A DNA stretch of 64,000 nt from Paraspadella gotoi (GCA_051294375.1 CM119269.1:18855138-18919137); one strand, 5' to 3'. Counted from the first letter of the stretch, positions 41,781-57,114 are shown. The notes: generated by a model from the sequence alone, not told the origin. Translations and numbers: made by a program.

Positions 41781-43127
41781 TCTCTCTCCCTCCCAGCCCA
41801 CCTCTCGCCCCCAACGGCCATCTAAGCAAGTGGAATAAATACGCTGGCGTTGGAGAATTATCAAGGATCTCCTTTCGTAATAGACCTTTCCGGCCAACGA
41901 CGGCGCGCTTAGCACGGGAGGCACAGGAGAAAGAGAGAAGGGGGAGAGAAGGAAGGGAAATTTTTAATGAAAAGGGAGGTTTAAGGGTGGAAAGGAAAGG
42001 AAGAAGGGAAGAAGAAGAATAAATAAAGATGAGGGAGCATCTTCGCGAAGTCTTCCTAATTACCCGCTTTCACCGATGGGAGAGAGAGAGAGAGAGGAGA
42101 GAGAGGGAGAGGGAAACAGATGTACGAATGTTTCTTCTTTCTCTTCGTCAGATTGCCTGCGAAGAGAAAAAGGAAGATGTTTGCTTTCACCATGGCGACA
42201 CCAAATTACTGACTCGACCGTCGTATAGACGAACCGACAGTGCAGAGGCGACCAACTGAATTTTTCTTTTTCTCTTTATTGTATAATAAATAAAAATTGT
42301 TGAAGTTATTTAAATTCATATATATATCGGACTAATGCCACGGTGAAAAAAAAAAATAGAATAAACCGAATACGTAAGATAAGAAATTTAAAATGAGAAA
42401 AGAAAATAGAAAATAGAAAAAGAAGAAAGAATCGTAATTGAAAAGAGAATAAAGTCCAAAGAAATATAGAGAGGAAGAGAAGGGGGAAAAGAAAGAATAG
42501 AAAAATAAATGGGAGAGGTAAAGAGAAACGTCTTCCAGTCAGCGAAGAACATTACTGGCGGAAGGAAATTGTTTCTTCTTCATCAACGTCATTTCCGCGG
42601 ATAGATATCAGGGATGGATTCGGCGGTCGTTGACGTGGCTGTCGACGTCCCTGTCGGTTCTCGTCAACATTGTCGAGTTTAGCGCAGTGAAAAAAAAATC
42701 GTGATGCGATGACAGGTTTTTTTTTTTTTAGTTCCAGTTAAATATCGATAATTATTTTTTGTGTTTATTTCTTGATTTAAGATCCAACCTTGAAATGATT
42801 TCGGCCTACAACGCTTTTAAATTTTTTTTTTTTCTACCGAAGATGTAAGAAAACTTTTCTTTTAATGTTCAGAATGGACAAAACTACTTGAAATTTATAT
42901 AAACTTAATTAAAACGAATGTGAAAATAGATTAAGGAATAATGTGATATAATATTGTCAAGTAATTTTTATATGTTGTAGTACTTGTACCATTTCATAAA
43001 GAAAAAGTAATAAAAAATAATGAAAACGAAGAAAACTATTAACTCGTAACGAAATTGACAATCTTCATTGCTCTTTTTTTGCTCTCAGATTCTTTCACCT
43101 CAATCTCTCCTCTCTCTCTTCTTCTCT

Positions 43128-43183
<56 letters not shown>

Positions 43184-43277
43184 CTCTCTTCTCATCTCGG
43201 AGTTCCTTCCACTCGATAACCTTATCTCTTAACCTCTCAGCTTGTCTCCCTATGACTCTCTCTCTCACTATCTCTCA

Positions 43278-43327
<50 letters not shown>

Positions 43328-43523
43328 CTCCACTCTCCATTGCTATCATTCTTTATATTTTTTTCTATATAATAATACTAATTTCTCGGCCGCCCGACGA
43401 AATTCGTTTCAAAGTCTCGTTATCTCATACAAACGCTAACGACGGTGCGTGGCTATCGTTTCGTCGTTATCGTACCTGAAATATCAATCTTTCTCTCTTC
43501 TCTCTCTCTCTCTCTCTTCCTCT

Positions 43524-43556
<33 letters not shown>

Positions 43557-45275
43557 CTCTCTTTCTCTCTCTTTTCTCTGCTCTCTCTTTTCGACATTCG
43601 CATTTTTTCGTCCATCTTTCTTTTCCGCTCTTTCTCTGTCTCTGTTCTGTCTCTGTTCTCTCTCTCTTTCCCTCTCTCCCCCACTTCGTCTCAGACATCA
43701 TCATACCGACGGCGGAATTCCCGAAGCAGCTGAATAAAATAGAAAGGGCTGACGAGGGGGAGTTAAACGACCCGCCTTTTCCTCGTTCCTTTTCTGCCCT
43801 CCTCTCCCCCCCTCCTCCTCTCCTCTTCCTCCTTTCCATTTTTTCTTCCTTATTCATTCTCAGTGAATAAAAATACCCGAGCTTAGAATTTCAGATAATA
43901 GTTTTTTTTCTTGTCTGTTTTGTGCACGATAAGATAATTAATAGTTATTAATAGTAGTAAAGCGTAGCAATAATATTAAAATCAAATAGAATCAAAATTC
44001 TAATTAGTAGATCACGAAAGGCATGTGAACATTTTTAAATAAAAAAAAAAAAATATTTTTTAATTTTCAATACCCCATATATATAGATAGCACTCACCAT
44101 AGAAATGTGAAAATTTTAAAATGTCTTTTTTCGTATTTTAAAAGCAGATTCGAATTCCTCACTAAAGTTGATAAAAGAACTATAACTCTTTTTAGAAAAA
44201 TTATTCATTAAGTGGATCAAAACCTAAAAAAACTATATATAAAAAATATAGTTTTTAAAATTTTTTGGCTAACTAAAATGAAGAATTTTGATAAGATTAA
44301 TTTTCTTTTATCAACGTTTCTACGAGCAATCGAATCTGCTTTCAAAAACTAGAAAACATAATTTTAAAATTTTAACATTTTCTAGTTGGGCTAAGTATTC
44401 TATGTATAAATATGGGCTCGCTTTAATACTTAATAGTTAGTTATCCTTCTTAGAATAATATAAGCGTGACGGAATGTCCTCTCAGTATGTGATTCGCCGC
44501 AGGTTCAACCGTTTTCCTTTTTTTTCCCGCTTCATTCACTTTGTCCGGATTCTCTCTTGTCCTTCGCTTTGTTCATCTCACCTCATTTTCGGTTTGACCT
44601 TGTCATTTTTTTTTGCCCTTTCTTTAAAACGTTAACCGATGAGAAGCGAAAGCGAAAAAAAAGGAATGAACTGACTTGATTGAACCTCGTTTCAATTTTT
44701 ATTCTCAGTCATTTAATTTGATGAAAGACTAATACTCTCATTGCTTCTATTGATATCATGATTCCCTTTCAAACTGAGTCTGGAAGCAATCGTCTCTTCT
44801 GTTCAAATTCTCGTTGAGAAACTACTCTTCCAAGTTCCAAACCGAGTCTCGAGATCTGCGACCATACCTGCCCCTTTCCTCACTCTCACATTACTCCACT
44901 CACCCTGCACACCCTCTCCCAACCGCCCACTCGACCGGCTTCGTCTCTGGGAGGCCGAAACCCGGCGATTCAAATCAGAAAGAAAAAACAAAAGAAATTA
45001 GCGGCCTTTGCCTCGTGCCCAAAGAGGCCCGTCGGGAATTTCCTCCTTAACTCTCCTGCCTCTTTCTTCTCTCCTCTCTTCTTCTTTCTGCTTCTTCTTC
45101 TTCTTCTCTCTTCCATTCTTCTTTTTCATTTTCCTCCTCTCCTTTTTCTTCCCTCCTCACTCCAAAAAAGGTTTCATTTGCATCTTTACCGATTTTCTTT
45201 CTAGTCTTACTTTCTTCGATTATTTCGGATAGAGGGGAGGAAGAGGTGAGTGAGAAGATAAACAGAGAGAGAGAG

Positions 45276-45332
<57 letters not shown>

Positions 45333-46668
45333 CCTTGAATAATTGTATATAAATTCAACATCTTTGTCTCGGACTTATTTCGAAAAGTCAACGATGAATA
45401 AACTTTGAAAATGACAAAAGGGATCTGCGCTTTTTCAAGAGAAACAAAGAATTTTAGACTGAAAGAAACAAAAAGAAAAAGGAATAAATATAAACAATAC
45501 AAAGAGAAAGAAAGATAGTACATAAGAGAAAACGATTGAGGAAAAGGAAAAAAAAATGGAAGAGTTATGCATATGACAACGCCTCCCTCAGTCTTTATCT
45601 TTTCTTCATCCTTTTTTCTCGATGTCACTTTTTGTGAATAAAAGTTGATCTCCTCCGGCGTTTCACGCATGCTGCCTCCATTGTCGCAGCGGCGGCGGCG
45701 GCGCGCGCGCGGCATTGGCGCGAGAATCCGGCGTCTTCTGTCTCTGTCTCCATCTTCATCTTTCACCGCTCGAGGTACGTCGACTCCCTCTCCATCAGTC
45801 CATTCCCTCTCCCTCTGTTATTTGTAAGAGATCTTAAAACGCGAGAAAAGATCGAGAAAATGACGGGAAGATTGATGAGAAGGGTGACAACGTATAGAGA
45901 TAATAGATTAATAATTAATAAATTAATTTATAGATAAAATAAAATTGATAAAGCGATATATTAAAATAAGCGATATAAGAAAGTAAACCGAGAGGAAAAT
46001 ACCGATCGGTTATTTATTATTTCTTATTCTTGTTCATTGTTCAGATTTATCTCAGGATTGGGTTTTATTTGAGTGACTCCGAACTGGATGCTTAATCTTT
46101 AAGCGAAAAGTGAGCGCGTCTCAAGTTAGCAATATGGTCCTCTAATCGAACGCTAGCGTAAAAACCCTCATGAAATTGAAGTTAAATCCATCAATTTACA
46201 GAAGTGAATAACTTTTTTTTCACAAAGCGTGACAAACTCCGGCCAATCCAAGTCACAACGCGAAATGGCGACTCACATTCATCCTCAATCTTTGGTCTCT
46301 TTTCTTACTTTTCTACTCCAGGCCGCAGCTGTCTTCTTCTCTCTCTCTCTTCTTCTCTCTCCTCTCTTCTCTCTCTGCTCTCTTCTCTCTCTCTCTCTCT
46401 CTCTCTCATCTTTCTCCTCTCGTCCTACTGATCCAGTCTATCTTGATTGAGAAAAGGGACTAAGGGAGCGAGGCAGGAAGAAAGCGAGGGATGTGAGAAC
46501 GAGAAGAGATGAGAAGAGAGAGAGAGAGAGAGAGAAGAGAGCAAGAGAGAGAGGAGAGGAAGGAGGACAATGTTCTTGACTCGCTCCCTGAAAAAGTCCT
46601 GGTGTTTCGCTGACACGTTTTTTGATTCTGTTTCCTCATTTGACTTTCACGCTCTCTCTCTTCTCTCT

Positions 46669-46770
<102 letters not shown>

Positions 46771-48622
46771 CTCTCTTTCTCTCTCTCTCCCGCCAAAAAA
46801 AAGCATAAGTAAGCAAATTTGCTTCGATCGCCGCTCTTTTTNNNNNNNNNNNNNNNNNNNNNNNNNGGGCCTTTCCCTCTTTTCCTCTGCCCCCTCGATC
46901 CGCGACTCTTTTTTCTTCAGATTCCCTCACCCCCCGAGGGTCACGGTGCTCGTTTGACCTCACCTTCGTTTTACTCGAAGCGAGAGAATCGCGCGGAGCG
47001 AACGACCACCACCCACTCGCTTCTTCTTCGCCTCCGCCTCCGCTCCGTTGCAGCCGCGGCCGAAGGCGCTGCAGCGGAAAAGGCTGCAGAAGCGAACGCC
47101 TCCTAGTCTTCGCTCGTAACGTCATCTAGCGTTCGTTTGGTAGGCAAACAAGCGTGAACTGACCCGGCAAGCACAGCCCCCAGTCGATAGACGAAATTGT
47201 AAAGTTTACATTTAGTATTTTTTTCGCCTTGGGCTTTCATCAGTCATCCAATTTCTTTGACAGTCACTTTATTTTCGACACAACGCCTTCCTCAGGCTCC
47301 ACTCCACTTCCTCTTCATCGGATTTCATTTTATCTTTCCTCCAACCTTTTTTTACCGCGACTACAACGATAACAACAACAGCAACAATAATCCCGCGACC
47401 AACTCAGCGCCGCAACGACATCGAATAGAGCAACGCCCACTGGCGCAACCTTTCTCGCTCCTTCCTAGAATTTCAACGACGACCGACAACGACGACGATT
47501 TTTTTCCGCTCCTCGAACTCGTCCCACTACACAACAACGACGACGACGACGACGACGACAACGGGACCGGTTTCGGGTTTCCGCAATGAAGTCGTTTCCT
47601 CGACCATTTGTCATTTTCGGCTGATGGGATCGCGTTTAGTTTATTAAGAAAAAAAAAATGCATCCGTCTTTGGTTTTTTTTTCTTTTTTTTTGTTTTTTT
47701 CTTCTTTTTTTATATTTATCTATTTTCCTTCCTTCTTTCGTTTTCCTTCCTTCCTTTGTTTTCTTTTTTCTCTTTCCATTTCCTTCAAGTTTCTTTCCGT
47801 TTTCTTTTAGAGTTTTCTCTTTCTCTTTCTCTTCTCCCCCTCCCCTGTTTTCTCTCACTATTATTTTTTTTTTCGTTTCCATTTCATTTCTTCTTTCTTC
47901 TTTATTTTTTTCAGAATAACAGCAAGAGAGAGGCGAGTTGTCGTTGTAGTTGTTGTTGTTGTTTTGGAAAAAGCAAAGTTCGATTGTCGAGGCGAAAAAT
48001 TCCGATTCGGTGATTCTGTTGACGTCCGCTCAATTCTCAGTTGACAATCTCACACTTTTTGATCTGACCTCGGACGCTTTGTACTCACACTTTGGGACGA
48101 CTCGACAAGGTTACATTGTTTATTTGCAAATCTTTTTGTTGGGAGCCGAACATTTTTTCACAATTTACCTCTTGACGATGTCGCCTGAAAATATTTCAAT
48201 CTTGTTCTTTACTTTTTTACGTTAAGGTCTCTCAATCTTATCCTGATAAATAAATAATAAATAAATAAATCTTAATAAATTTTCATTATAATTCGAATAA
48301 TTTATTAATAATTAACACATACAAAAATCTCTTGACAACTCTATATTTTTTAACCCGAACGATTTCAACCCTTCCTAATCCGAGAAAACCCTACTCTCTA
48401 TTTACTTACCTAATAATTAATATTCCAACCATTTTCTCTCGTTCCTCTTATATCTGAAGTAATTTCCATTTGTGGCAACCATCGAATAATCAACAAATGG
48501 ATTAATGCCATCGCGCCTTTCCTCTATGAAAAATATACAGCCCCCTTCACATTCGCGCATTTCAGACGCCCATTTGCAAACCCTCCCGCCCCGCTCTCTT
48601 TCATCCGATCCTCCTGTTTAAA

Positions 48623-48712
<90 letters not shown>

Positions 48713-49558
48713 TTTTCTCCGCTTCCCCGACACCCTCGACCCAGGATCATTGCGGAACCCGCCCTGCCCCTTCCGTTTTCGCGGCAAGAACTGACCGCTG
48801 ATAAAAAAGTTCAAAAGTCGTTGAAAAAAAAAGAGAGAGACAGAGAGAGACAGAGAGAGACAGAAAGAGACAAAGAAAGACAGAGAGAGTCAGAGGGAGA
48901 CAGAGAGAGGAATAAGTTGTAAAACGGAAAAGTGTTAAAAGTCAATAACCTTAAAATGTCAAAAATCTATGTGGGATGACCTAATCGGGATTAAAAATCG
49001 GTGTTGTTCAATTCACTCCATCATTTTTTTACCTTTATCACCCCATCAACTCTTCCCCCCCCAGACGCCAGACCACTCCGGGCACCCTCTCTCTAATCTG
49101 CCCCCCCCCCAACTATCGTTTCTCTTCCTCCTTCCTCCATAATCCTCTTCCCCGTTCTATCGTCGCGTCTCCCAGCTGATCCCCTCCGTGACGGCCTTCT
49201 CTGGCTGACCGAATGACCCAGGGGGTCGCCCCGGGGGGTCACCCGAAGGGGGGGGGGGTCATCTCCCGAATGACCTCTGCGCAGAAACGAATCAAGTCAC
49301 GTGATGGGCTTTCGCCGACGCCTCCCTTCTTATCCCTTTATTCTTTTTTCTTTCTCTTCTTTCTCTTTGGTCTCCTGTTACTTTTTCCCTTCAAATCCTA
49401 CGCCGTATCCTTTTGTTCTCCGGCTTCTTGCACTCCTAGTTCTCGTCATTTGAAAATTCAATAATAAAATTTTAAAAGTAAATTATGAACAACATTCCAT
49501 CAGGGAACATTAATATTTTGCAAAAAAAAAAATTTTATGTCTTTTAATTTTCGAATTA

Positions 49559-49930
49559 GGCTATATTTATATATAATACTATCTTTATAATATCATAAAA
49601 GTTCAAAATAAGATTTTCTTAATTTTGATTGCAGATTTGAATTCCTCGTCAAAAGTTGATAAAAGAAAATATAACTAATTTTTAAAAATTCTTTCATTAA
49701 GTTGGTTAAAAATTAGAAAAACTATATTTAATATATAAAAAGTTAATTTTCAGTTTAAAATATAGCTTTATCTGATTTTTTACCCACTTAATGAAGGAAT
49801 TTTTCAAAAAGAGTTATATTTCTCTTTATCAACTTTTTATGACGAATCAAAATCTGATAAAAAAAATCTCATAAAAAACTGTTCCGAAATTTTAACATTT
49901 ATTGGATTAGTACTATGTATAAATATGGCC
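49559..49930. mobile_element. Diverged second member of the same palindromic MITE family
   Basis: Ends TA|GGCTATATTTAT ... ATAAATATGGCC|TA. It shares gcagatt.gaattcctc...aaaagttgataaaag with the copy at 36971. Confidence 0.75.
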
Positions 49931-50352
49931 TAATGCGTAAATTGTGAAATTTATAATAAAATTTTTTATACAGAGTGTTCATTAGTATAATGTTGTTCGT
50001 TCCTCACTTTTAGAATTCTTCATATATTTCCCTTTGTCAACTCTTACCTCCCATTCTCATATTTTATGTAGCTAAAAAGTAGAATTCCAGGCAGGAAAAA
50101 ATATATATAGCTTTAAAAATGATGCTATGACATGACTATGACAAACTGGACAAACTTTTTTCGAATTGAAAAAGACTCCCATCTAACTTGGTAGTTCAAT
50201 GCAAAGTGAAATTATGCAAAATTTTCAAATCCAGAGTAAATTAAGTATTCAAAAAATTACATACTAAAAACGAAAGTACCTTTAAAAAAGATCTAAGGGA
50301 GAATGAGCCGTGTTTGTGTGCAGTCGTCACTCGATGGAGAACAAGAAAAATT

Positions 50353-50389
<37 letters not shown>

Positions 50390-50514
50390 CCGTGAGGCAT
50401 GATAATTGAGGTCGGAGACGGAAACCTACTTTCCATTTCTTTGTTTACGGAATCATTCATACGGGGTAAGGTCTCAGGACGGTGATGCTGACATTCGCTC
50501 CCTCTCTCTCTTCT

Positions 50515-50558
<44 letters not shown>

Positions 50559-50672
50559 ATCTTTCTTTCTCCTCGGTCGCGAAAGGCGCCCGTCAAACAA
50601 AAAAACAAAGAGTCGAACTCAATCGGGAAATGTTGAAGGAGGGAAAGAAGGCAGGACGGGAGACGAGAGAGC

Positions 50673-50753
<81 letters not shown>

Positions 50754-50854
50754 CGAGTAAAGGGATGTGAATCTTAAAAGGGAAAAAAGCAAAGACGAAG
50801 GCGGGTATTATTTGTACGAGTAGAGAAAATACTGATTACCCCAAAACAAAACAA

Positions 50855-50945
<91 letters not shown>

Positions 50946-51797
50946 ATCTTCTCTTTCTCTCTCTCTCTTCACATCGCGATAAGGGAATCTTGACGTCCAC
51001 ACGTCCGCTCGAAGTCAACGCCGCTTTGATTCCAGCGCCATCGACGGTAATTGCGGTGGCGTAGAATCCTACCATCAGATAACAAAAACAAAGCGACGAC
51101 GAAACTGAAGACGAAATAAACGCTAAGAGAATGTACGATAAAGGATGACGACGACAATGACTCTTCCGACAACGACGAAGACGAACAGTAGGACGGACAA
51201 CGACGATGACGACGTCGGCGGGAAATTAACGTCTCTCAAAAACAATAACATCTGCGCATTAAAAGAGAGGAAGAGATGGATCGTCGTTGGAGGAAGAAGA
51301 GGAAGGGAAAAGGATGGGAAATGAGAATGAGGAAGGGAGGAAAGATGAAGGAAGGGACGGGGTGGGAGGAGAAGAACGGAATGTCAGAAGAGGAATGAAG
51401 AAGAGAGGGAGAGAGGAGGGAAGAGAGGAAGAACACGAGAGAAAGACGAGGGATGGCGAGGAGAGGTGAGGGAGGATAGCGAGGAANNNNNNNNNNNNNN
51501 NNNNNNNNNNNATAAGGATAATTCAAACGCACAACGTTGAAAATAAACTAATAATTTACCTCATTGTTCATTCTCACTGTTATCTCTCGTCTTTATTCTA
51601 CTATCTCTATCTCTATCTCTCTTTTCTCTCTCTCGTCTCTCTCTCTTTGCTCTGCTTATTTCCCCGCGCGAAAATGTTATGCAAATCGCGGAATTTTCTA
51701 CCAGATCTCCACGTCGTAAACAATTTGTAAAATGGAGCCCGAGATGTCAGGATAAGATATAAAAAAGAGTAGGAGAAAAATGTAAAGAGAGAGAAGA

Positions 51798-51910
<113 letters not shown>

Positions 51911-52048
51911 CCTTTTGATAAAACGCCCTTTCTCTTACGGCGCGGAAGATATATACGAGGGTAATCTTTAGTTTAATCTCCTCTTAAATTTCTCTCTCTT
52001 CTTTCTCTCTTTATCTCTCTCCTTCTCTCTTTCTATCTCTCTCTCTCA

Positions 52049-52090
<42 letters not shown>

Positions 52091-52214
52091 CTCTCTCTCC
52101 TCGTCTCCTTTATAAAAAAGGCTCAATTAAGGGCAACATTTATCAGCCACGTCATTGCGCGGTCGTCGTTAATTTCTTTGAGAATGAGAATAGCTTCTCT
52201 TCGTTTCTAAGGAT

Positions 52215-52576
52215 TTTCCTGCTATCCTCCCTCACCTTTCCTCGCTATCCTCCCTCACATTTCCTGGCTATCCTCCTCTGCTTTCCTCGCTATCCTCCCT
52301 CACCTTTCCTCGCTATCCTCCCTCACATTTCCTGGCTATCCTCCCTCTGCTTTCCTCGCTATCCTCCCTCACCTTTCCTCGCTATCCTCCCTCACATTTC
52401 CTGGCTATCCTCCCTCTGCTTTCCTCGCTAATCCTCCTCACATTTCCTCGCTGATCCTCCCGCACATTTCCTCGCTATCCTCTATCACATTTCCTCGCTA
52501 TCCTCCCTCACATTTCCTCGCGATCCTCCCGCCACATGGAGGATAGCGAGGAAAGGTGAGGGAGGATAGCGAGGAA
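52215..52576. repeat. 22-23-bp minisatellite (ttcctcgctatcctccctcacat), with an orientation switch near 52537
   Basis: About 14 units on the + strand, then reverse-complement units (ggaggatagcgaggaaa). The same unit also occurs at 51465-51486. Confidence 0.9.
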
Positions 52577-54998
52577 AATCCTTAGAAACGAAGAGAAGCT
52601 ATTCTCATTCTCAAAGAAATTAACGACGACCGCGCAATGACGTGCCTTTCCTCTCTCTCTTCTCTTCTCCCTTCTCCCTCTCTCTGTCTCTCTCTCTCTT
52701 CTCTCTTCTCCTCTCTCCTCTTCCTCCAATCTTCTTCCTCTCTCTCTCCTTCCTCTCTTCTTCTCCAATATTCGTTCTTCTCTCTGTTCATTTCTTTGGG
52801 TCTATTCGTATCAGTCTCCCCCGGCCGTCTCGGCCCTCACGACACTCTTATTCCTTTAAAATCTCATTGGGCCGGACGGGAAAAACGACGAGGCTTTTGG
52901 ACGAGAACGCTCGGCGCCGACTCTTGCCCGGCGCCGACGGACGGCCAGACTCTGCCGGCGGAGCGCGCCGACGCCGCTTCTGGTTCCAACACAGAGTGTC
53001 ACTCTAATTTATTTTCTGGTCGTAATCGAGAACAAAAAAAAGACAAAAGGTTTTAGATTATTTTTCGCTAATCCCTAAATAAAGTTAAAGATCGAATAAA
53101 GAAATAAAAGGAAAATTATAAAAATAAAATATAATTTGTGTGTAAATGATTAGAATTAAAGCGGGCTGATAAAGAAATAATGAAAGAAAAATATTTGGTA
53201 TTTTTTAATATTAGATAAATTATCGTCGTCGTCGTCGCTTCATCATCAATAATAGCGTGATCATCCAATTTCCAATCCATCATCATCATTGCATCGATTC
53301 AAATCAATCAATCAAACATCAATCAATCATCGGCCCAATCAAAAGAAATACTCTTCTTCACTAAAAATCACTACTTTGGTCATAGTCCGTTTATCTTGGG
53401 TTGGGGGTTCCAAAAGACTGCGAAAATTTTTTGTTTTCATTCCTTACAACAACACAATTTTAGTGACGTTTAAAAAAAATAATAATATTGTTTTCCCGAA
53501 AAGGAGGCCGACTGTGCTTGTCAACTTTTCGCCCGAACCGCAGGTTGAACTTTGTCGTGAACTGTCGAACGAAGGAATAAAACTAACACTAAAGACCCTC
53601 TCAATAGGGTAATACATTAAAGAATTAACGACACATAAAGTTAATTATTATTATTATTAATTTATATTAACTACATCTTTTGAACTAATCTTGATCTCTA
53701 ATTTGACAATCTCCAACGACCGTCGAATTCTCAATGTTCTTCAGCCTCCCCTACTCTGCTCCCAGGTTGACCATTTCCCGTTTTTAATCGGGAATTCAGA
53801 ACTGCTGGTTTACCGCTCCCTCCCTCCCCTCTCTCTCTCTCCTCTCGATCTGTCCCCCTGATCTCTTCCCTCTCTCATCGTCTCTCTCCTCTCAGTCGTC
53901 ATCCTCCCGCTCTCCATCCTCGTCTCACATCTCTCCCACATCACTTCTCTCTTCTTCTCTCTCTCAAAACATAAACAACCTAAATAAAAAAAAAAAAAAA
54001 ACAAAACCAAACGATGAACCAAGATTCTGAAGCTGCAATGTCGTCGTCGTCCTCGATCGTCTGAATCAACGGGTCACGTCGTCGAACTGACGTTCTTGGG
54101 AACTGAGTCGCTCACTGCGTCAAATCGACATCACGTCTTCGGAGACGCCGCGGCCGCAATTCGGAAGATGAACCTGGAGAAGATGACGGCGGCGGTTGAG
54201 GTCCCCGAGAACCGACGCAGGAGTCGCTTTCGTCGCTGTTGATCGTTTCGAATCTTTCATTGGAAATGGAACGAGTAACAGAGAGAGAGAGAGAAGTTTG
54301 GGGATGAGACGGCGGAGAAATCCGTCTTGCATAGCGCGGAGTGTGAGAGTGGAGGGAGGGAGGGGGTGGGTGAGAGAGACAAGAGAGATGCACGTAGAGA
54401 GAGAGAGAGAGAGAGGAGGGAGAGAGGTCATCAATCNNNNNNNNNNNNNNNNNNNNNNNNNTCTCTCTTTCATTTTTTCTCCTACTCTTTTTCTTAATAT
54501 CTTATCCTGAATCTCGGGCTCCATTTTCAAATTGTTTACGAGTGGAGATCTGGTAGAAAATTCGCGATTTGCATAACATTTTCGCGCGGGAATAAGCAGA
54601 GCAAGAGAGAGAGAGAGAGAGAGAAAGAGAGATAGAGATAGAGATAGAGAAAGAGAGAGATAACAGTGAGAATGAACAAATGAGGTAAATTATTAGTTTA
54701 TTTTCAAACGTTGTGCGTTTGAATTATCCTTATAATAATAGGCATACCTAATAGGTAAATAATAAAAAAGTAACGGGACGAAAAAAATTTAAGAAAGATG
54801 CGATTGAATGAAAAACAGAGAGATTGTGATTGAAAATAAACCGGATTTAATAAGATAAAGCAAACAAGAGTGAGAGTGAGAGCGAGCAACGGAACAGGGC
54901 GAGAGGGCGAGAGCTAAACCTAGCGTTCGAAGGATGTCTCGAGGCCGTGCGACGATTAGCGAAGAGACGATGACTCCGAGAGAGAGAGAGAGAAGAGA

Positions 54999-55039
<41 letters not shown>

Positions 55040-56109
55040 AGGAGAGAAGAGTAGAGAAATAGACGAGTGAGAGTCTGAACAAATGACAACGCCTGCCATT
55101 ATAACAGTTAAAAATAATGACGATACGATCAGGTTAAAGAGACGAGTTTATGATGATACACAGTAAATGCTGATCCGAATATCGATGCCGCACCCTGCCG
55201 CAACCTCTGCCGCAACAGATGCGTCGATCGCCTTTACCGTCGCCCTCACAACGTCTCTTTGCGGTATTATTACTTAAGCGATCGAAGTTTTACCAATTAA
55301 TGTCTCTATTTAATTAATTAATCCTAAGGCACGGGAAACTTATGGAAATCTAAATTTAAATGATATTTGAAGACAAATATTACTCAAGTTATGACATCTG
55401 TTTCTTTCTCTTCATAATAACCAAAATTAATAATAATAAACCGAAGCACCTTTGTAGCTAATTATTATAATAAACATTGTGAGCAGAAACTGTTGCCTCT
55501 TCTGCCTCCATCTCGTTAATCATCGTTGGTTTTTCCTGACGCGTGTATTTTGCGTCGTGGGAAGAGAATCTCGATGTCCGAGCATCTGCAGTTGATGTCT
55601 CGGAGTTGTTCTTCTTTGTTTTTCCTTCTATTTCACACATAATTAGTATCTGATCCATTATTACTAGAATATTAACCACAGTATTAACCTAAACTTTGTG
55701 CCATAAATACTACCAAAAATATTTTAAAGTTCAAATTCTCCTGATCTTACAAACTTCCATTTGTGTCACTGATATGATTCAATCAGAAATATTGTTCTCG
55801 GGTTAAGCATGACCTTGAATAATCATTCAAAAAAGAAAAAAAAAAGAGAAAAATTAAAAAATATATAAATTAAAAGTTAAAAATAAGCAAAAAAAAAGTT
55901 CACATCGCTTTTGCTTTTGATTACACATTGAGAAGAAAGCTCACTTAGGTTTTTGACCGAGTATCGTTGGAGAACCCGATACTGTATTCACAGACAGTTC
56001 CTACACTGTATTTAATCATTTCGAATAACGAGGCGGCTTTTAATCAGTCGGCATAATTGCCTCTATTCCCTTTTGCCACCTTTTCCCATCCGCATATCAA
56101 TTACCCACG

Positions 56110-56200
<91 letters not shown>

Positions 56201-56317
56201 TCCCTCGTGGTTTTCACCAACGCCATCCAATCAAAGCCTCTTTACTTGGCTGTAACTCTTTCAAGTAATTCTGATTATGATAATTGAAGCGACGAAAACC
56301 AAACGAGGCGACGGTCT

Positions 56318-56350
<33 letters not shown>

Positions 56351-56722
56351 TTCTAGACCGAAATGGCATCAGATCTAAAATTACACGTCTTCCTTCGCTC
56401 AGATCAACATGGCATGAAATTGGAAATTTATTTAAGGCCTCCCCCATGAATATTGCCAATGCTTGTTAAGCCTTCGTTTGATCGCGAAAGGCCTGAATGC
56501 CAAGATTTAAAAGAAAATCAGAATTTGATGTTCCTCATCAAAGATTTTCTGGATCTTTTAATGGCCGAAAAATATATTTATTCTTTGTCTTTCGTCTTCC
56601 AGTTTTTCACATCAATATCTCGATTGCCCTTTGCTCAAATTTCCATATCCCTCAGTCGTCCTTTGCCTCTCGTATCGTTCATTCCTCGCTAATTAACCTT
56701 TCCATTGTCCCATGTCCCTCAC

Positions 56723-57114
56723 CTGCCAATCTCGGTCTTCCGTTNNNNNNNNNNNNNNNNNNNNNNNNNNNNNNNNNNNNNNNNNNNNNNNNNNNNNNNN
56801 NNNNNNNNNNNNNNNNNNNNNNNNNNNNNNNNNNNNNNNNNNNNNNNNNNNNNNNNNNNNNNNNNNNNNNNNNNNNNNNNNNNNNNNNNNNNNNNNNNNN
56901 NNNNNNNNNNNNNNNNNNNNNNNNNNNNNNNNNNNNNNNNNNNNNNNNNNNNNNNNNNNNNNNNNNNNNNNNNNNNNNNNNNNNNNNNNNNNNGGCCTTC
57001 CGTTGTCCTCGGCTTGAACGGTGAGATCGAAAGAGTCGGCCATTTCTCTGTCGATCGGTCGCGCAGTTTTGATGACGCCTCTGCTCGGGTCGATCGTGAA
57101 GAACCCCTCCGCGT
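56723..57114 (-). CDS. Cadherin exon 6 (DAEGFFTIDPSRGVIKTARPIDREMADSFDLTVQAEDNGRPRLA), interrupted by N-gap 56745-56993
   Basis: FxIDxxxGxI, IDRE and VxAxDxG motifs; acag acceptor and CAG|gtgagg donor. The gap flanks overlap by 11 nt, giving a 132-nt phase 1-1 exon. Confidence 0.88.
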
